From Mobula hypostoma (Eukaryota), in the NCBI RefSeq assembly GCF_963921235.1, contig NC_086097.1:107014001-107078000 (forward strand): DNA of 64,000 bases, read 5' to 3'. Of this stretch, positions 23,051 to 35,488 are shown one piece after another; position 1 is the first letter of the stretch; every line of letters starts with the position of its first letter. The notes under the pieces were generated by a model that saw only the letters and a list, made by a program, of their open reading frames with translations, was not told where the DNA came from and did no database searches. Made by a program: the position numbers and the translations under genes.

Positions 23051-23599
23051 TTTCTTACTTTAATGGCGAAAAGATGTATTTTACAACATTGGAAAGAGCT
23101 TAATGCTCCAACTACCTTTTTTTGGTTCTCTCAGACGATATTATGTTTGAATCTGGAGAAAATTAGAAGTAACCTTTATGATTCTTCATTTAAATTTGAA
23201 CAGACTTGGGGATCTTTTATTCGATATTTTCATTTAATGTAATATGTACCCTTCTTGTTTTTTTTTCACTGTTTTTAATGGAGGTCGGGATTGAGGACGT
23301 GATTTTAAGTTTAACTCTGTTTGGTTTCAAGTTAGCCCATTGCTTTGCTTTGCTTTTAGTTAGTTGCACGGTGGGTTTTTTTGGGGGTTTTTTTTTTCTT
23401 TTTTTCTATTGATATATATAAAATTTAGTATACTATTATGTTATCTTGGTTTCTTATGTTTAAATTACATTGTTTGTAGTATTTTTTTTGGTATTGATAC
23501 CTTCTGTAATTTTATTATATTTTAACATTGTATTAATGTTTATATGGCTTACCTTTTTGTATACTTATTCAATAAAAAGATTTAAAAAGGAAAAAAAAA
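23051..23599 (+). mobile_element. 5'-truncated L1-clade LINE (ORF2 C-terminus, T-rich 3' UTR, poly-A)
   Basis: FLTLMAKRCILQHWKELNAPT..W...LNLEKIR...KFEQTWGSFIRYF*; AATAAA + A tail; 15 bp TSD agaatttcatatttc at 23036-23050 and 23600-23614. Confidence 0.88.
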
Positions 23600-24084
23600 A
23601 GAATTTCATATTTCAACATCCCTGGCTACAGAACTGCTACAAGACAGTTAGAGGATTGCTAAAGTTGAACCATCATTTTAAAAGGAAGGAAAGAATAAAC
23701 TAATTACAAACTAGCTAGTTTAATTTTGATATTGGGCAAATTACTAGAATCAATTATAACCATAATGTAGACATACAGATTAATCAGGAATACTCAGCAT
23801 AGATTTCTTAAGGAAAAATCATAGCTGATTTACTCAAATGAATTTTTTTTTTTTTTTTTTAAAAGAGGAGTGTTGACAGCTTCAAGTAATCTGCATGGAT
23901 TTTAGTACTTCTTTTGACAAGGTCCCACATGACAGGCTGGTCATAGAAGTAAAGATACAAGGATCAAGGGGAAACTAGATCACAAATTAGCTCAGTGGTG
24001 GGAAAGAGAGGATAATAATTGACAACACACATAAAAGTTGCTGGTGAACGCAGCAGGCCAGGCAGCATCTCTAGGAAGAGGTGC

Positions 24085-24120
24085 AGTCGACGTTTCAGGT
24101 CGAGACCCTTCATCAGGACT
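24085..24120 (-). ncRNA. Minimal hammerhead ribozyme, intact core
   Basis: Reverse complement: AGTC CTGATGA AGGGTCTCGACCT GAAAC GTC GACT. Confidence 0.82.
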
Positions 24121-24966
24121 AACTGAAGGAAGAGTGAGTAAGGGATTTGAAAGTTGGAGAGGGAGGGGGAGATCCAAAATGATAGGAGAAGACAGGAGGG
24201 GGAGGGATGGAGCCAAGAACTGGACAGGTGATAGGCAAAAGGGGATACGAGAGGATCATGGGACAGGAGGTCCGGGAAGAAAGACAAGGTGGGGAGAGAC
24301 CCAGAGGATGGGCGAGGGGTATATTCAGAACTACAGAGGGAGAAAAAGGAGAGTGAGAGAAAGAATGTGTGTATAAAAATAAGTAACAGATGGGGTACGA
24401 GGGGGAGGTGGCCTTTTATATATTGGCGAGACCCGACGCAGACTGGGAGACCGCTTTGCTGAACACCTACGCTCTGTCTGCCAGAGAAAGCAAGATCTCC
24501 CAGTGGCCACACATTTTAATTCCACATCCCATTCCCATTCTGACATGTTTATCCACGGCCTCCTCTACTGTGAAGATGAAGCCACACTCAGCTTGGAGGA
24601 ACAACACCTTATATTCCGTCTGGGTAGCCTCCAACCTGATGGCATGAAGATCGACTTCTCTAACTTCCGCTAATGCCCCACCTCCCCCTCGTACCCCATC
24701 TGTTACTTATTTTTATACACACATTCTTTCTCTCACTCTCCTTTTTCTCCCTCTGTAGTTCTGAATATACCCCTTGCCCATCCTCTAGGTCCCCCCGCCC
24801 TTGCCTTTCTTCTCGGACCTCCTATCCCATGATCCTCTCGTATCCCTTTTGCCTATCACCTGTCCAGCTCTCGGCTCCATCCCTCCCCCTCTTGTCTTCT
24901 CCTATCATTTTGGATCTCCCCCTTCCCCTCCAACTTTCAAATCCCTTACTCACTCTTCCTTCAGTT

Positions 24967-25002
24967 AGTCCTGATGAAGGGTCTCGGTCTGAAACGTCGA
25001 CT
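24967..25002 (+). ncRNA. Minimal hammerhead ribozyme, intact core
   Basis: AGTC CTGATGA AGGGTCTCGGTCT GAAAC GTC GACT. Confidence 0.82.
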
Positions 25003-25319
25003 GCACCTCTTCCTAGAGATGCTGTCTGGCCTGCTGCGTTCACCAGCAACTTTTATGTGTGCTGCTTGAATTTCCAGCATCTGCAGAATTCCTGTTGTTT
25101 GCGATAAAAATTGACAAGTGATTTTTCTTGTGAATGGAAGGCTACTCAGTAGTCTTGGGAAATCAAATTTTTTTTGTTCTAAATATTACTGATTTACACT
25201 TTGAAGACAATACAAAATTTGCAATGTGGTTCACAGAGGAGAAAAGCTTTAAACTGCAGGAAATTACAAATGATCTGGTCAGTTGGTCAGAAGAGTGGCA
25301 ACAGGATTTAATTTGGAGA

Positions 25320-25680
25320 GGAACAACGAGAAAAGAGCATGGCCCGAGCAGCAAGGATCCCTGATGATGGATGCCACCCTTCTCCAGCAATGCTTAACAC
25401 AGATGTGCACAATGGCTGGAAGGGGCCTACTCACGATGACTAGGCTGAATCCACCACCCCTTGTAGGATTTTCCATTGAAAGGCATTGGATTTCCCATAC
25501 CAGACCATAATGTAGCCAGTCAGCATACTTTCCACCACACATCTATAGACATTTACCAAGATTTTCAATGACATGCCAAACCTTCGCAGACTGCTGAGGA
25601 ACTAGAAGTACTGTTGGGCTTTCTTCATAGTAATATTTATCTGATGGGTCCATTGCTGACACAACATGCTCATCTAAATA
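25320..25680 (-). mobile_element. Degenerate Rex1/Babar-type LINE fragment
   Basis: ORF 25279..25542 ends RRVASIIRDPCCSGHALFSL, as in the 2878..3072 region. Confidence 0.7.
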
Positions 25681-25684
25681 TGTA

Positions 25685-26630
25685 GATTCATAGAATTGTA
25701 GACCTATGCAGCACAGAAATAGACCCTCCACTACAGTTTGTCTATGCAGACTGTGATCCCTTTCTACACTAATCCCACTAGCTTACATGAGGTTTGTGAC
25801 CTTTTAAATTGTATCAGTCCAAATAACTTTTAAATTTTTTCTTCAATCTGCATCTACTACCTTCTCTAGCAGCTTATTCCAGGTAACCAGATCACATTAT
25901 CTTCTGTGAGAAAATCTTGCCCCTCAAATTGCTCCCCTCTCAACTTTTTAAACTTTTGCCCTCTGGTTCTAGAATCCCCTGCCTTGGCAAGAAAATGTTG
26001 ACTATCTCTGCACTGCATAATCTTATAAACTTCTATAATTTCACTTTTCAGCCTCCTACGCTCCAATGAAAACAAACCAGCCTATCAAAAAACTCTTTAC
26101 AACCGGAGCACTCCATTCCAGGCAGCATCTTTGCAAAGCTCTCCTACACTCTCTCAGTGGCTGCCATATCCTTCCTTACACAATGCTTTAAGTGCAGTCT
26201 AACCAGCTGATGTCCTAATTCAATGCCTAAAACATGGAAGAAAATGTCAAACTCAAATGGGTCAAGGACAGTGGAAGCAGACAGCTCAATTGTCTGTTTC
26301 TGCCATGTGCTTGGAGATTGAAGCTGCCATTTTGTGAAACTTTTATTTCCTCCATTTTGTGAGATGAGGTTGCTTCAATCCCTCTGTTTTAAAGTAACAC
26401 AATGTTGCTTCAGGTAATCTGCTGGACTAGAGGTAATTCTAAATAAGAAGTTTTCATAGAAACATAGAAAACCTACAGCACCACACAGGCCCTTTGGCCC
26501 ACAAAGTTGTGCCGAACATGACCCTACCTTAGAAATTACTAGGCTTACCCATAGCCCTCTATTTTTCTAAGCTCCATGTACCTATCCAAAAGTCTCTTAA
26601 AAGACCCTGTCGTATCTGCCTCCACCACCA
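25685..26630 (-). mobile_element. Old CR1 3' fragments (25685-26220 and 26455-26630)
   Basis: FSLERRRLKSEIIEVYKIM; catagaaacatagaaaacctacagcac tail. Confidence 0.7.
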
Positions 26631-27234
26631 ATTTCCAAATATCACTTGTGAGGTGGTTTTGATCTCCTATGCAAGTTTGTGAATGTTGGGTTCTGTGCTT
26701 GCCTGGAGTGATTTGAGCTGGTTACTGAAGAAAATAAAGAGCCATAAATCACTAATTGTCATTTGCTGGGAAGAGGGCAATAAATAGTTGTTGGCCTGGA
26801 GCAGAGCCAATAAAAAGGTGCTGAATGTCAGACATATGACCTACAGCCAATGACACTGGAACGCAATATTTTAATTGGTAAGGAACGAATATAAAAGTGG
26901 ACACTTCAAGCATGTTATCAGTGATAACTCTCTCAAGACACCCACCATCAGGAGGAAGAACCTCCAAGCCAGGGGCTCGAAGAACGGATCAATCATCTGG
27001 CCAACGGAGATGCCCTATTTCAGTGATATAAATTGGACAAGTTGTCCGAGTGATATTGTTAAACAGAACAGCAGAATTCACGTTCTAAGTTGTTGGCGTG
27101 GGGTCAACATATTCACATTGTCGTTTGTGCAGAGACAATAACATGCAAGCTTTGATTAATTAAAAATAGCATAACCATAAATGAACGATCAACACCTTGG
27201 CCTGTTACCCACATAGGGAGAGGATAGAAATTAC

Positions 27235-27700
27235 TGAAAGTTACAGAAATCGACCTTCATGCTGTCAGTTTGGAGGCTACTCAGACAGATTGCGAGGTGT
27301 TGCTCCTCCAACCTAACAGTAATCCCACTATGGCAGTAGATGAGCCATGGACTGACATGTTGGAATGGGAATCGAAATTAAAATTGTTGGCCAACAAGAA
27401 ATCCTGCTCTTTGCAAACAGAGTGAAGGGTCTCACCAAAGTAGAGGAGGCCACTCCAGGAGCACCAGATACAGTAGATGACCCCGACAGACTTGTAGGTA
27501 TAGCGTTGCCTCACCTGGAAGGACTGTTCGGTGCCATGAATTTTGCTTCTAGTGGATATGAATGGGCAGGTGCAGCACATCTTCTGTTTACAGGGATAAG
27601 TGCCACGAGGGAGATCAGTGGGACAAGATGAATGAACAAATGTATCATGGAGAGAGAAAGATCCCTGCAGAAAGCAGAGGGCATGTCCTTGGTAGCTGGG
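27235..27700 (-). mobile_element. Degenerate PLE GIY-YIG fragment
   Basis: ORF 27281..27580 CCTCP...QSFQVRQRYT..SVGVIYCIWCSWSGLLYFGET. Confidence 0.8.
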
Positions 27701-28499
27701 GTCCTTAATTATGGATGCCAGCTTTTCAAGGTGCCCTCGATGCTGGGGAGGTTAGTGCCCATGTGGCTAGAAAAGACATGAAGATATTGGTCAAGCTCAG
27801 AATAATTGCTTCTCTTGCCTCTTTCAATAACCTTAATAATTCCAAAAGTTTTTTGGAAAGCTGGCAGGACAATCCCATCAAAGTGTTCTTCCTTTTTTAT
27901 TTCTAAGCTTTGCACATATGACCTCGCTGGAGGTTCCCCTACCCGCTATCCGGATATCCTCTCTCAGTAATGTTGTTATTTGCTCCCTAATCAATAGGAT
28001 TTGCTCCCCTCCTATCTTACCTTCATTTCCACCCATTGGCTCTAAAAGCTCTCTGGGCCATTTAAAAAATTCCATTGTTCATCGCCTTTTAACACTAAGG
28101 CAGTTGTAGTTAATTCTGAGGAATTCCTACAAAACATTTATTATTCTTACATCTTTGATTCGATGTCATTCTTTTCTGCAAACAGTGAGGAAGCCTGAAA
28201 TATGCCTGAAAGAAACTGATCCCGTATTGTTCCCAACCACTGCCATCTGGCCCATTTGCGTAGCCTTCTGGGATATCACAAAGTCACAGAATGAAACAGA
28301 GGAAAATATACCATGGAAACAGGCCATTCATCCCACCATTACTATACTATGCACCCACCCATTTTCTATCACTTGGCTCATATAGACACCTGTTACGTTG
28401 GGTCAGTCACGCTGTTCCCACCACTCTCTCTGGCAGTGTGTTCCAGGTACACACACACCACCCTGGGTGAAGACAGCCCCCCTCAGATCCACTCTAAAT

Positions 28500-29625
28500 C
28501 TAGAACATAGAACATAGAATAGTACAGCACAGTACAGGCCCTTCCACCCACAATGTTGTGCCAACCCTCAAACCCTGCCTCCCATATAAGCCCCCACCTT
28601 AGATTCCTCCATATACCTGTCTAGTAGTCTCTTAAACTTCACTAGTGTATCTGCCTCCACCACTGACTCAGGCAGTGCATTCCATGCACCAACCACTCTC
28701 TGAGTAAAAAACCTTCCTCTAATATCCCCCTTGAACTTCCCACCCCTTACTTTAAAGCAATGTCCTCTTGTATTGAGCAGTGGTGCCCTGGGGAAGAGGC
28801 GCTGGCTGTCCACTCGATCTATTCCTCTTATTATCTTGTACACCTCTATCATGTCTCCTCTCATCCTCCTTCTCTCCAAAGAGTAAAGCCCTAGCTCCCT
28901 TAATCTCTGATCATAATGCATACTTTCTAAACCAGGCAGCATCCTGGTAAATCTCCTCTGTACCCTTTCCAATGCTTCCACATCCTTCCTATAGTGAGGT
29001 GACCAGAACTGGACACAGTACTCCAAGTGTGGCCTAACCAGAGTTTTATAGAGCTGCATCATTACATCGCGACTCTTAAACTCTATCCCTCGACTTATGA
29101 AAGCTAACACCCCATAAGCTTTCTTAACTACCCTCTCCACCTGTGAGGCAACTTTCAGGGATCTGTGGACATATACCCCGAGATCCCTCTGCTCCTCCAC
29201 ACTACCAAGTATCCTGCCATTTACTTTGTACTCTGCCTTGGAGTTTGTCCTTCCAAAGTGTACCACCTCACACTTTTCCGGGTTGAACTCCATCTGCCAC
29301 TTCTCAGCCCACTTCTGCATCCTATCAATGTCTCTCTGCAATCTTTGACAATCCTCTACACTATCTACAACACCACCAACCTTTGTGTCGTCTGCAAACT
29401 GGCCAACCCACCCTTCTACCCCCACATCCAGGTTGTTAATAAAAATCACGAAAAGTAGAGGTCCCAGAACAGATCCTTGGGGGACACCACTAGTCATAAT
29501 CCTCCAATCTGAATGTACTCCCTCCACCACCACCCTCTGCCTTCTGCAGGCAAGCCAATTCTGAATCCACCTGGCCAAACTTCCCTGGATCCCATGCCTT
29601 CTAACTTTCTGAATAAGCCTACCAT
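28500..29625 (-). mobile_element. Young 5'-truncated CR1 LINE
   Basis: Uninterrupted RT C-terminal ORF; (TTCTATG)n tail at ~28500-28520; same subfamily as 6534-12797. Confidence 0.95.
28568..29578 (-). CDS. CR1 ORF2 RT C-terminal part (336 aa, 5'-truncated)
   Basis: SGVPQGSVLGPLLF, FADDTK, WQMEFNPEKC, RPHLEYCVQFW, FFTQRVVGAWN. Confidence 0.8.
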   Translation of the reverse strand: MARWIQNWLACRRQRVVVEGVHSDWRIMTSGVPQGSVLGPLLFVIFINNLDVGVEGWVGQFADDTKVGGVVDSVEDCQRLQRDIDRMQKWAEKWQMEFNPEKCEVVHFGRTNSKAEYKVNGRILGSVEEQRDLGVYVHRSLKVASQVERVVKKAYGVLAFISRGIEFKSRDVMMQLYKTLVRPHLEYCVQFWSPHYRKDVEALERVQRRFTRMLPGLESMHYDQRLRELGLYSLERRRMRGDMIEVYKIIRGIDRVDSQRLFPRAPLLNTRGHCFKVRGGKFKGDIRGRFFTQRVVGAWNALPESVVEADTLVKFKRLLDRYMEESKVGAYMGGRV

Positions 29626-30468
29626 CCTTGTCTTTTACTCCAGTCCAATAAAAGATCTAACTGTAGTCTACCCTATATATAGCCTTTCTGTACTTTCACC
29701 ATGTTCCCTCTTAACCTCCTCCAATCAAGGAGAACAGACTTGGTCTCTCCAGTCCTGCCTCAGAACTGAACCAGTCAGTTATGACCACAATCCTGGTGAA
29801 ACAAAAACAGGGTGGGGGTGGGGAGTGGGATGCAAGGCACATAGCTGTGGAAGAGAAGAATAAAGGGACAACAGATACAGACACTTGGAAATGATGGAAT
29901 GGAGGATACAGAAGTGTCTCCTGATACAGAGTCTCAGCCTGAATTCTCAACTACTATTTGCTACCACAGATTCTGCCTGACATGCCTAGCAGTTTGCATG
30001 TAACATACTGGTGAATTACCTCTGCACCCTGTCTGATGTCATCTGTCCTAGACTGTGGTGACCACTAATGCATAAGACCGTAAGACACAGAAGCAGAATT
30101 AGGCAATTCATCCCATTAAGTCTGCTCCGCCATTCCATCATGGCTGATCCCGAATCCCACTCAACACCAATAACCTGCCTTCTCGCCATATCCTTTGATG
30201 CCCTGACCAATCAGGAAATTATCAACTTCCACCTTAAGTATATCCATGGACTTGGCCTCTACCACAGTCTGTGGCAGAGCTTCAAATCTCATATATCAAA
30301 CAAAAACCAAATTCCTTTTTAGTTGGAATCACTGAGAATCAGTAGAATGACCTTTATTATTCCAAATTCTCAAACCAATTAGATCTAGTGTTATTCCCTA
30401 TTTAAAGGTTTACAGACTAGCTTTTCTTTAGTTAGTTTGAAAACTAATTGAATTCCTATTTTTAAGTA

Positions 30469-30627
30469 CAGGTCGACCTTCACTAATCCGGCACCATTGG
30501 AACCTGAGGAGAAGCAGATTAGTGAAAATGCCAAATTACAGAAGGATCACATTAAGCATAATCAGTGCCGGATTATCGAAGGAACCAGATTACTGGTACA
30601 GTAGTCGGATTAGTGAAGGTCGACCTG
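30469..30627. mobile_element. 159 bp Tc1/mariner-Tigger-type MITE
   Basis: Perfect 22 bp TIRs CAGGTCGACCTTCACTAATCCG (30469-30490 and 30606-30627) with TA on both sides. Confidence 0.92.
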
Positions 30628-30859
30628 TATTACCATTAACTTCTGTTCCAGTTCAAGTCAGTACATCTACAAATACAAATTATATATATCTCAACTCTTT
30701 TCACCACAATTCTCCAACATCACAACTTTTAAATAAAGTAAATCTCTTTCAGTAACCTTGCAAAAATAATCAGTTCTTGCAGAAAATCAAATTCAGATCC
30801 TTCAAAAGAAAATAAACTTACACGTCCAACTGTATTAAATCCTCTACATCATTAAACTT

Positions 30860-31385
30860 TTTGTTCCTGTGCTGGTTCTTCAACCTTGGGTGGCTCACCA
30901 TTTTGTTTCTTGGTTCGTTGATCGAAATAGTTGGTCATCCATGGAAAGTCGATTCACAAAACTTATACAAAAAAAAACCTCTTTAGGAGGTATATATCCT
31001 ATGCCTTCCATATTGCTTCCAGAAATTACGGACATTGCTGCTCTGCTGTCATCCCTGCCAGTGTTCTTTTCCAATCAATTCTGGCCAACTCCTCTCTCAT
31101 GCCTCTGCAATTCCCTTTACTCTACCGCAACAGCGATACATCTGACTTTAGCTTCTCCTTCTCAAATTTCACGGTGAATTCTGTCATATTATAATCACTC
31201 CCTCTTAAGGGTTCCTTTACCTTAAGATCTCTAATCAATTGTGGTTCATTGCACAACACCCAATGGAGAATAGCTGATTTCCTAGTGGGCTCAGACATGA
31301 GCTGCTCTAAAAATCCATCTTGGAGACATTCTAGAAATTTCTACCTCTTGGAATCCAGCACCAACCTGATTTTCACAATCTCCCA
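30860..31385 (-). mobile_element. CR1 ORF2 fragment (post-endonuclease region)
   Basis: Reverse complement resembles 8780-9240 (FLEC...PTRKSAIL.WVLCNEP, EPLRGSDYNM.EF). Confidence 0.65.
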
Positions 31386-31595
31386 ATTTACAGAACAGAT
31401 AATTGGATTTTATATACTGTATTTTAAAGCAAATCAAACAGCCAGTGAGGAGGGAGTACCAATTGAGAGATCATTTAGTTAGTGGAATCTTACAAGAAAG
31501 CATTCAAAACTGGCTTCTAACTGAAGCACAAATTACATTTAAATAAGCAGTTGAAATTGCTGTATCAATGAAAACAGCAGAGGGTGATGCAAGTG

Positions 31596-32151
31596 GTCCC
31601 TTAGTGTTGTTGTAGCTGGCAGTGGTAATGGGAACAAGCTCTCCCTACCTATTAAACACTTCCAATGGGGTGCACCTCAAATATCCTCAAACAACCAAGT
31701 ACAGCTCCTGGCCTTCACATGTGGCTTAGCTACTAAGCCCGGCAGAAGCATATCTACTGATAGGAGAGGGGGCAAATGTGGGTTGGTGGCGCCTTAAAAC
31801 CAGTCGCTTTGGGCAGATAGGGCTCATTAGCCATGGTTGGCAGCTCATCTAGGAGGAAAACTCTGATTTCAAAACTGCGCTGCCTTGCGCTATACCTACT
31901 CAACAGGAAGGCTTTGGGAGTAAACCCTGAGGGAAAAATCCTGAGTTACAGTCCCCAGGCAGTCCTGCATGAAGTTCAATACTTACTGGCAAATCCTGCA
32001 ACGCTGCAGGTACCAAACTGTATCGGTTCATCAGATGCACAGACAGGGGGAGCTTGCTACAAGGGCAACAACTTGCTCGCCATATCGTACTGCCCAGGCT
32101 TACAGCAACATCCATGGTTGATCCTGACCAACAGAGGACCCAGTCACGACC
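31596..32151 (+). mobile_element. Non-coding insertion in Gypsy gag, probably RTE/Expander-related
   Basis: ggcagctcatctaggaggaaaactctgatttcaaa resembles an RTE 5' UTR; possible TSD caagtg at 31590-31595 and 32152-32157; gag resumes afterwards. Confidence 0.5.
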
Positions 32152-32240
32152 CAAGTGAGTTGCAGTCAGAAGTGAAAAAGCGCGTGAACAAAATTGCAAC
32201 GTCAAAACAGAAACTGGTCTGGCCTAATAAATTGTGTTTG

Positions 32241-32932
32241 TTAGATAGTCATAGTCATACTTTATTAATCCTGGGGGAAATTGGTTTTCGTTACAGTTGC
32301 TCCATAAATAATAAATAGTAATAGAACCATAAACAGTTAAATAGTAATATGTAAATTATGCCAGTAAATTATGAAATAAGTCCAGGACCAGCCTATTGGC
32401 TCAGGATGTCTGACCCTCCAAGGGAGGAGTTGTAAAGTTTGATGGCCACAGGCAGGAATGACTTCCTATGACGCTCAGTGCTGCATCTCGGTGGAATGAG
32501 TCTCTGGCTGAATGTACTCCTGTGCCCACCCAGTACATTACGTAGTGGATGGGAGACATTGACCAAGATGGCATGCAACTTAGACAGCATCCTCTTTTCA
32601 GACACCACTGTGAGAGAGTCCAGTTCCATCCCCACAACATCACTGGCCTTACGAATGAGTTTGTTGATTCTGTTGGTGTCTGCCACCCTCAGCCTGCTGC
32701 CCCAGCACACAACAGCAAACATGATAGCACTGGCCACCACAGACTCGTAGAACATCCTCAGCATCGTCCGGCAGATGTTAAAGGACCTCAGTCTCCTCAG
32801 GAAATAGAGACAGCTCTGACCCTTCTTGTAGACAGCCTCAGTGTTCTTTGACCAGTCCAGTTTATTATCAATTCGTATCCCCGGAATTTGTAATCCTCCA
32901 CCATGTCCACACTGACCCGGGTACCTTAGCTC
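32241..32932 (-). mobile_element. Young 5'-truncated Rex1/Babar LINE nested in Gypsy
   Basis: ORF 32393..32764 MFYESVVASAIMFAVVCWG...HPL...RKSFLPVAIKLYN; AATAAA + (GACTAT)n tail. Confidence 0.88.
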
Positions 32933-34271
32933 TTACCTTTGTGGCAAGGCCTCACATACACCAGACTAATGCTGGTTTAAAGGCAAAACTACCAGAAAAC
33001 GTAACAAAGTAGGACACATATAAAGAGTATGTTGCGTAGACAAAAATAAATGGACCTCCCAGGGAAAAGAAAAATATAAAAAGTTGCAGTTTCAATAAGA
33101 CAAATATTCTGCATACTGTTGCTGAAGTATCTGGTAATGATAAGAGTGACACAGGACAAGGTAGCCTTAAGATTTGTACTGTGAAAACTTGCAATAGACA
33201 AGCAATATGGCTTATGCCAGAAGAGAACGGCAAATAAATAAAAATGGAATTGGACACTGATTCAGCTGTTTCAGTTATTCCACAAAAATACTTAGCTGAA
33301 GCCTACAGATATCCAACTAAGAACCTATACTGGAGACAAGATCACTCCTGTGGGAATGACATTCATAACAGTGAAATACAACAACCAACAAGCCACATTG
33401 GGCTTGAATGTGGTAAAAATAAGAGGACCAGCATTGTGGGGGTGTGATAGGCTCAGACAACTGCAACATGATTGGCTGAGACAACTGCAACATGATTGGA
33501 GATCCATCCACCATTTGCATGCGACATCCCCCGTAAAAGTGTGTCAACTGAAAGTGAATTAAGAAAGATACTGGAAGATGTTACTGCAGTGTTCAAGAAT
33601 GTCATTGGAAAACGCAAATATACCAAGGGTAAAATAGTGTTAAATGAAAATGCCACACCAAAGTTTTGTAAAGCCTGGCTGGTTCCTTATACCATTTGTG
33701 AAAAAGTAGCCAGTGAATTTGATTGCATGGTGATTCAGAGTACTTCTAAGGTTGAGTAGAGCCCATGAGCAACAGAAATAGTCTTGGCAGCCAAGAAGAA
33801 TGGGTCTGTCAGGACCAGTGCGGTTTTAAGGTCATCATCAACCCAGAACCGGAAGTAGATCAATACCCTCTGCCCAGGATAGAAGATATCTTTGCAAAGT
33901 TCTCTGAAGGTAAACACATCAGCAAAATGGAATTAGCTGAGGCCTATCTACAGATGGAAATGGAAGAAGAGTCCAAAGTGAGTTGCACCATAAACATTCA
34001 CAAAGGGCTTTATCATAATAAACGTATTATTTAGAGTGGTATCTACACCTGAACTCTGGCAGAAAACTATGGACCAGGTGCTGCAAGGCTGCCGAGGCAC
34101 TCAGGGTTACCTAGATGACATCATTGTTACCAGTATAGATGACAAAGAACATCTCCAAAATCTCAAGACACTGTTAAAAAGATTAGAAGATTATGAGCTC
34201 AGAGCACAACCCACCAAGTATGACTTCTTCAGACCAAGCATCACTTACTGTGCTTATACCACTGATGCACA

Positions 34272-34477
34272 GTTGAGGGAGTTAGATAAGGCCCTTGTGG
34301 AGGGAGTTAGATATGGCCCTTGTGGGAGGGAGTTAGATATGGCCTTGTGGCTACGGGGATCAGGGGGTATGCAGGGAAGACTGGTGCAGGGTTCTGAGTT
34401 GGATGATCAGCCATGATCATAATAAATGGTGGTGCAGGCTCGAAGGGCCGAATGGCCTACTCCTGCACCTATTTTCT
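34272..34477 (+). mobile_element. Short CR1 3' end nested in Gypsy RT, with a triplicated 5' junction
   Basis: Matches 5723-5880; TSD atgcaca at 34265-34271 and 34478-34484. Confidence 0.88.
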
Positions 34478-35458
34478 ATGCACAATTGTTGCACAATTGT
34501 GCGGAGGAAATTCAAGCAGTGGCGGATGCCCCAAAACCAAAGGATGGGTCACAGCTGCAGTCCTTTTTAGGATTTGTCAAAACTGGCTACTATGCTCCAC
34601 TCCTTGAACTCATTACTGCATATCAGGAAGAAATGGCAATAGACAAAGCAGTACGAGGTGGCTTTCAAAAAGGTAAAGGAAATAGTGATAGCAGACACTG
34701 TACTCACAGAATTTGATCTACTTCATCTAGTGAAGCTTGCCTGTAATGCCTTGCCTTAAGGTACAGGTGCAAGTCATGTCACGCTATGAGTGAACACCCG
34801 ATAGCTTTTGCATCATGCCTCCTTACCACTGCAGATAAAAATTGTGCATGGATTGACAGAGAGGCCTTGAGTCTGGATTGAGGTGCAGAATGTTCAGCCA
34901 GGGGTACTTGTATGGGAGAAAGTTTACCCTTGTTCTGGTCATCAATGACCCATGTTGATTTTTAATCCACAGAAGAGTGTTCCACTAATAGCAGCAGAAC
35001 GAAGGCAAAAATGCTGATGGATTGTCCCGTTTACTCTTGGGATAGGAAATACCAGAAAAATTTACAAAAGAAGGCACTCCTCCTGATGCATTTGATTTTT
35101 TTTTGGAGGAAGTCTCCCTATTATGGCAGAGATGATCCAAAGGGAAACCAGAGAAGACGAACACTGTCTCATCCAAAACATGGCCACCCAAAGTGGTTGC
35201 AATGTGCAGCAGAAACTCCAGTTTCCCCATGTTTACCAGTGCCAAGATGAACTTGCCCTTGATGGAGCGGGGATTGAGAGTTGTTGTATCTCCAAACTGA
35301 GAACTAACGTGTTGGAAGAGCTACATGTCAGTCATCTAGACGATGTTAAAATAAAAGCGTTGGCTCGAAGCTTTGTCTGGTGGCCTGCAGTAGAGGACCC
35401 AAGATTGAGGAAAAATACATGCACACACCACCCATAAGGGGATGAGAAAAATAAATTC

Positions 35459-35488
35459 ATATATATACACACACACACATACACACAC

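Larger units (their letters stand above)
24023..25102. mobile_element. Fold-back PLE insertion: minus arm 24023-24411, plus arm 24408-25102
   Basis: Two outward-facing PLE 3' ends joined at a gtgg microhomology; TSD gataa(t/a)aattgacaa at 24011-24025 and 25103-25117 (last 3 nt overlap the element end). Confidence 0.92.

Noticed and set aside
28151..28267. Possible 117 bp minus-strand host exon (cccag...gtaaga)
   Set aside because: Weak polypyrimidine tract, unrecognised peptides and no partner exons; needs RNA-seq or homology
31596..32151. HDV-like ribozyme in the RTE-like 5' region
   Set aside because: Known in some RTEs, but I could not fold a nested double pseudoknot by eye
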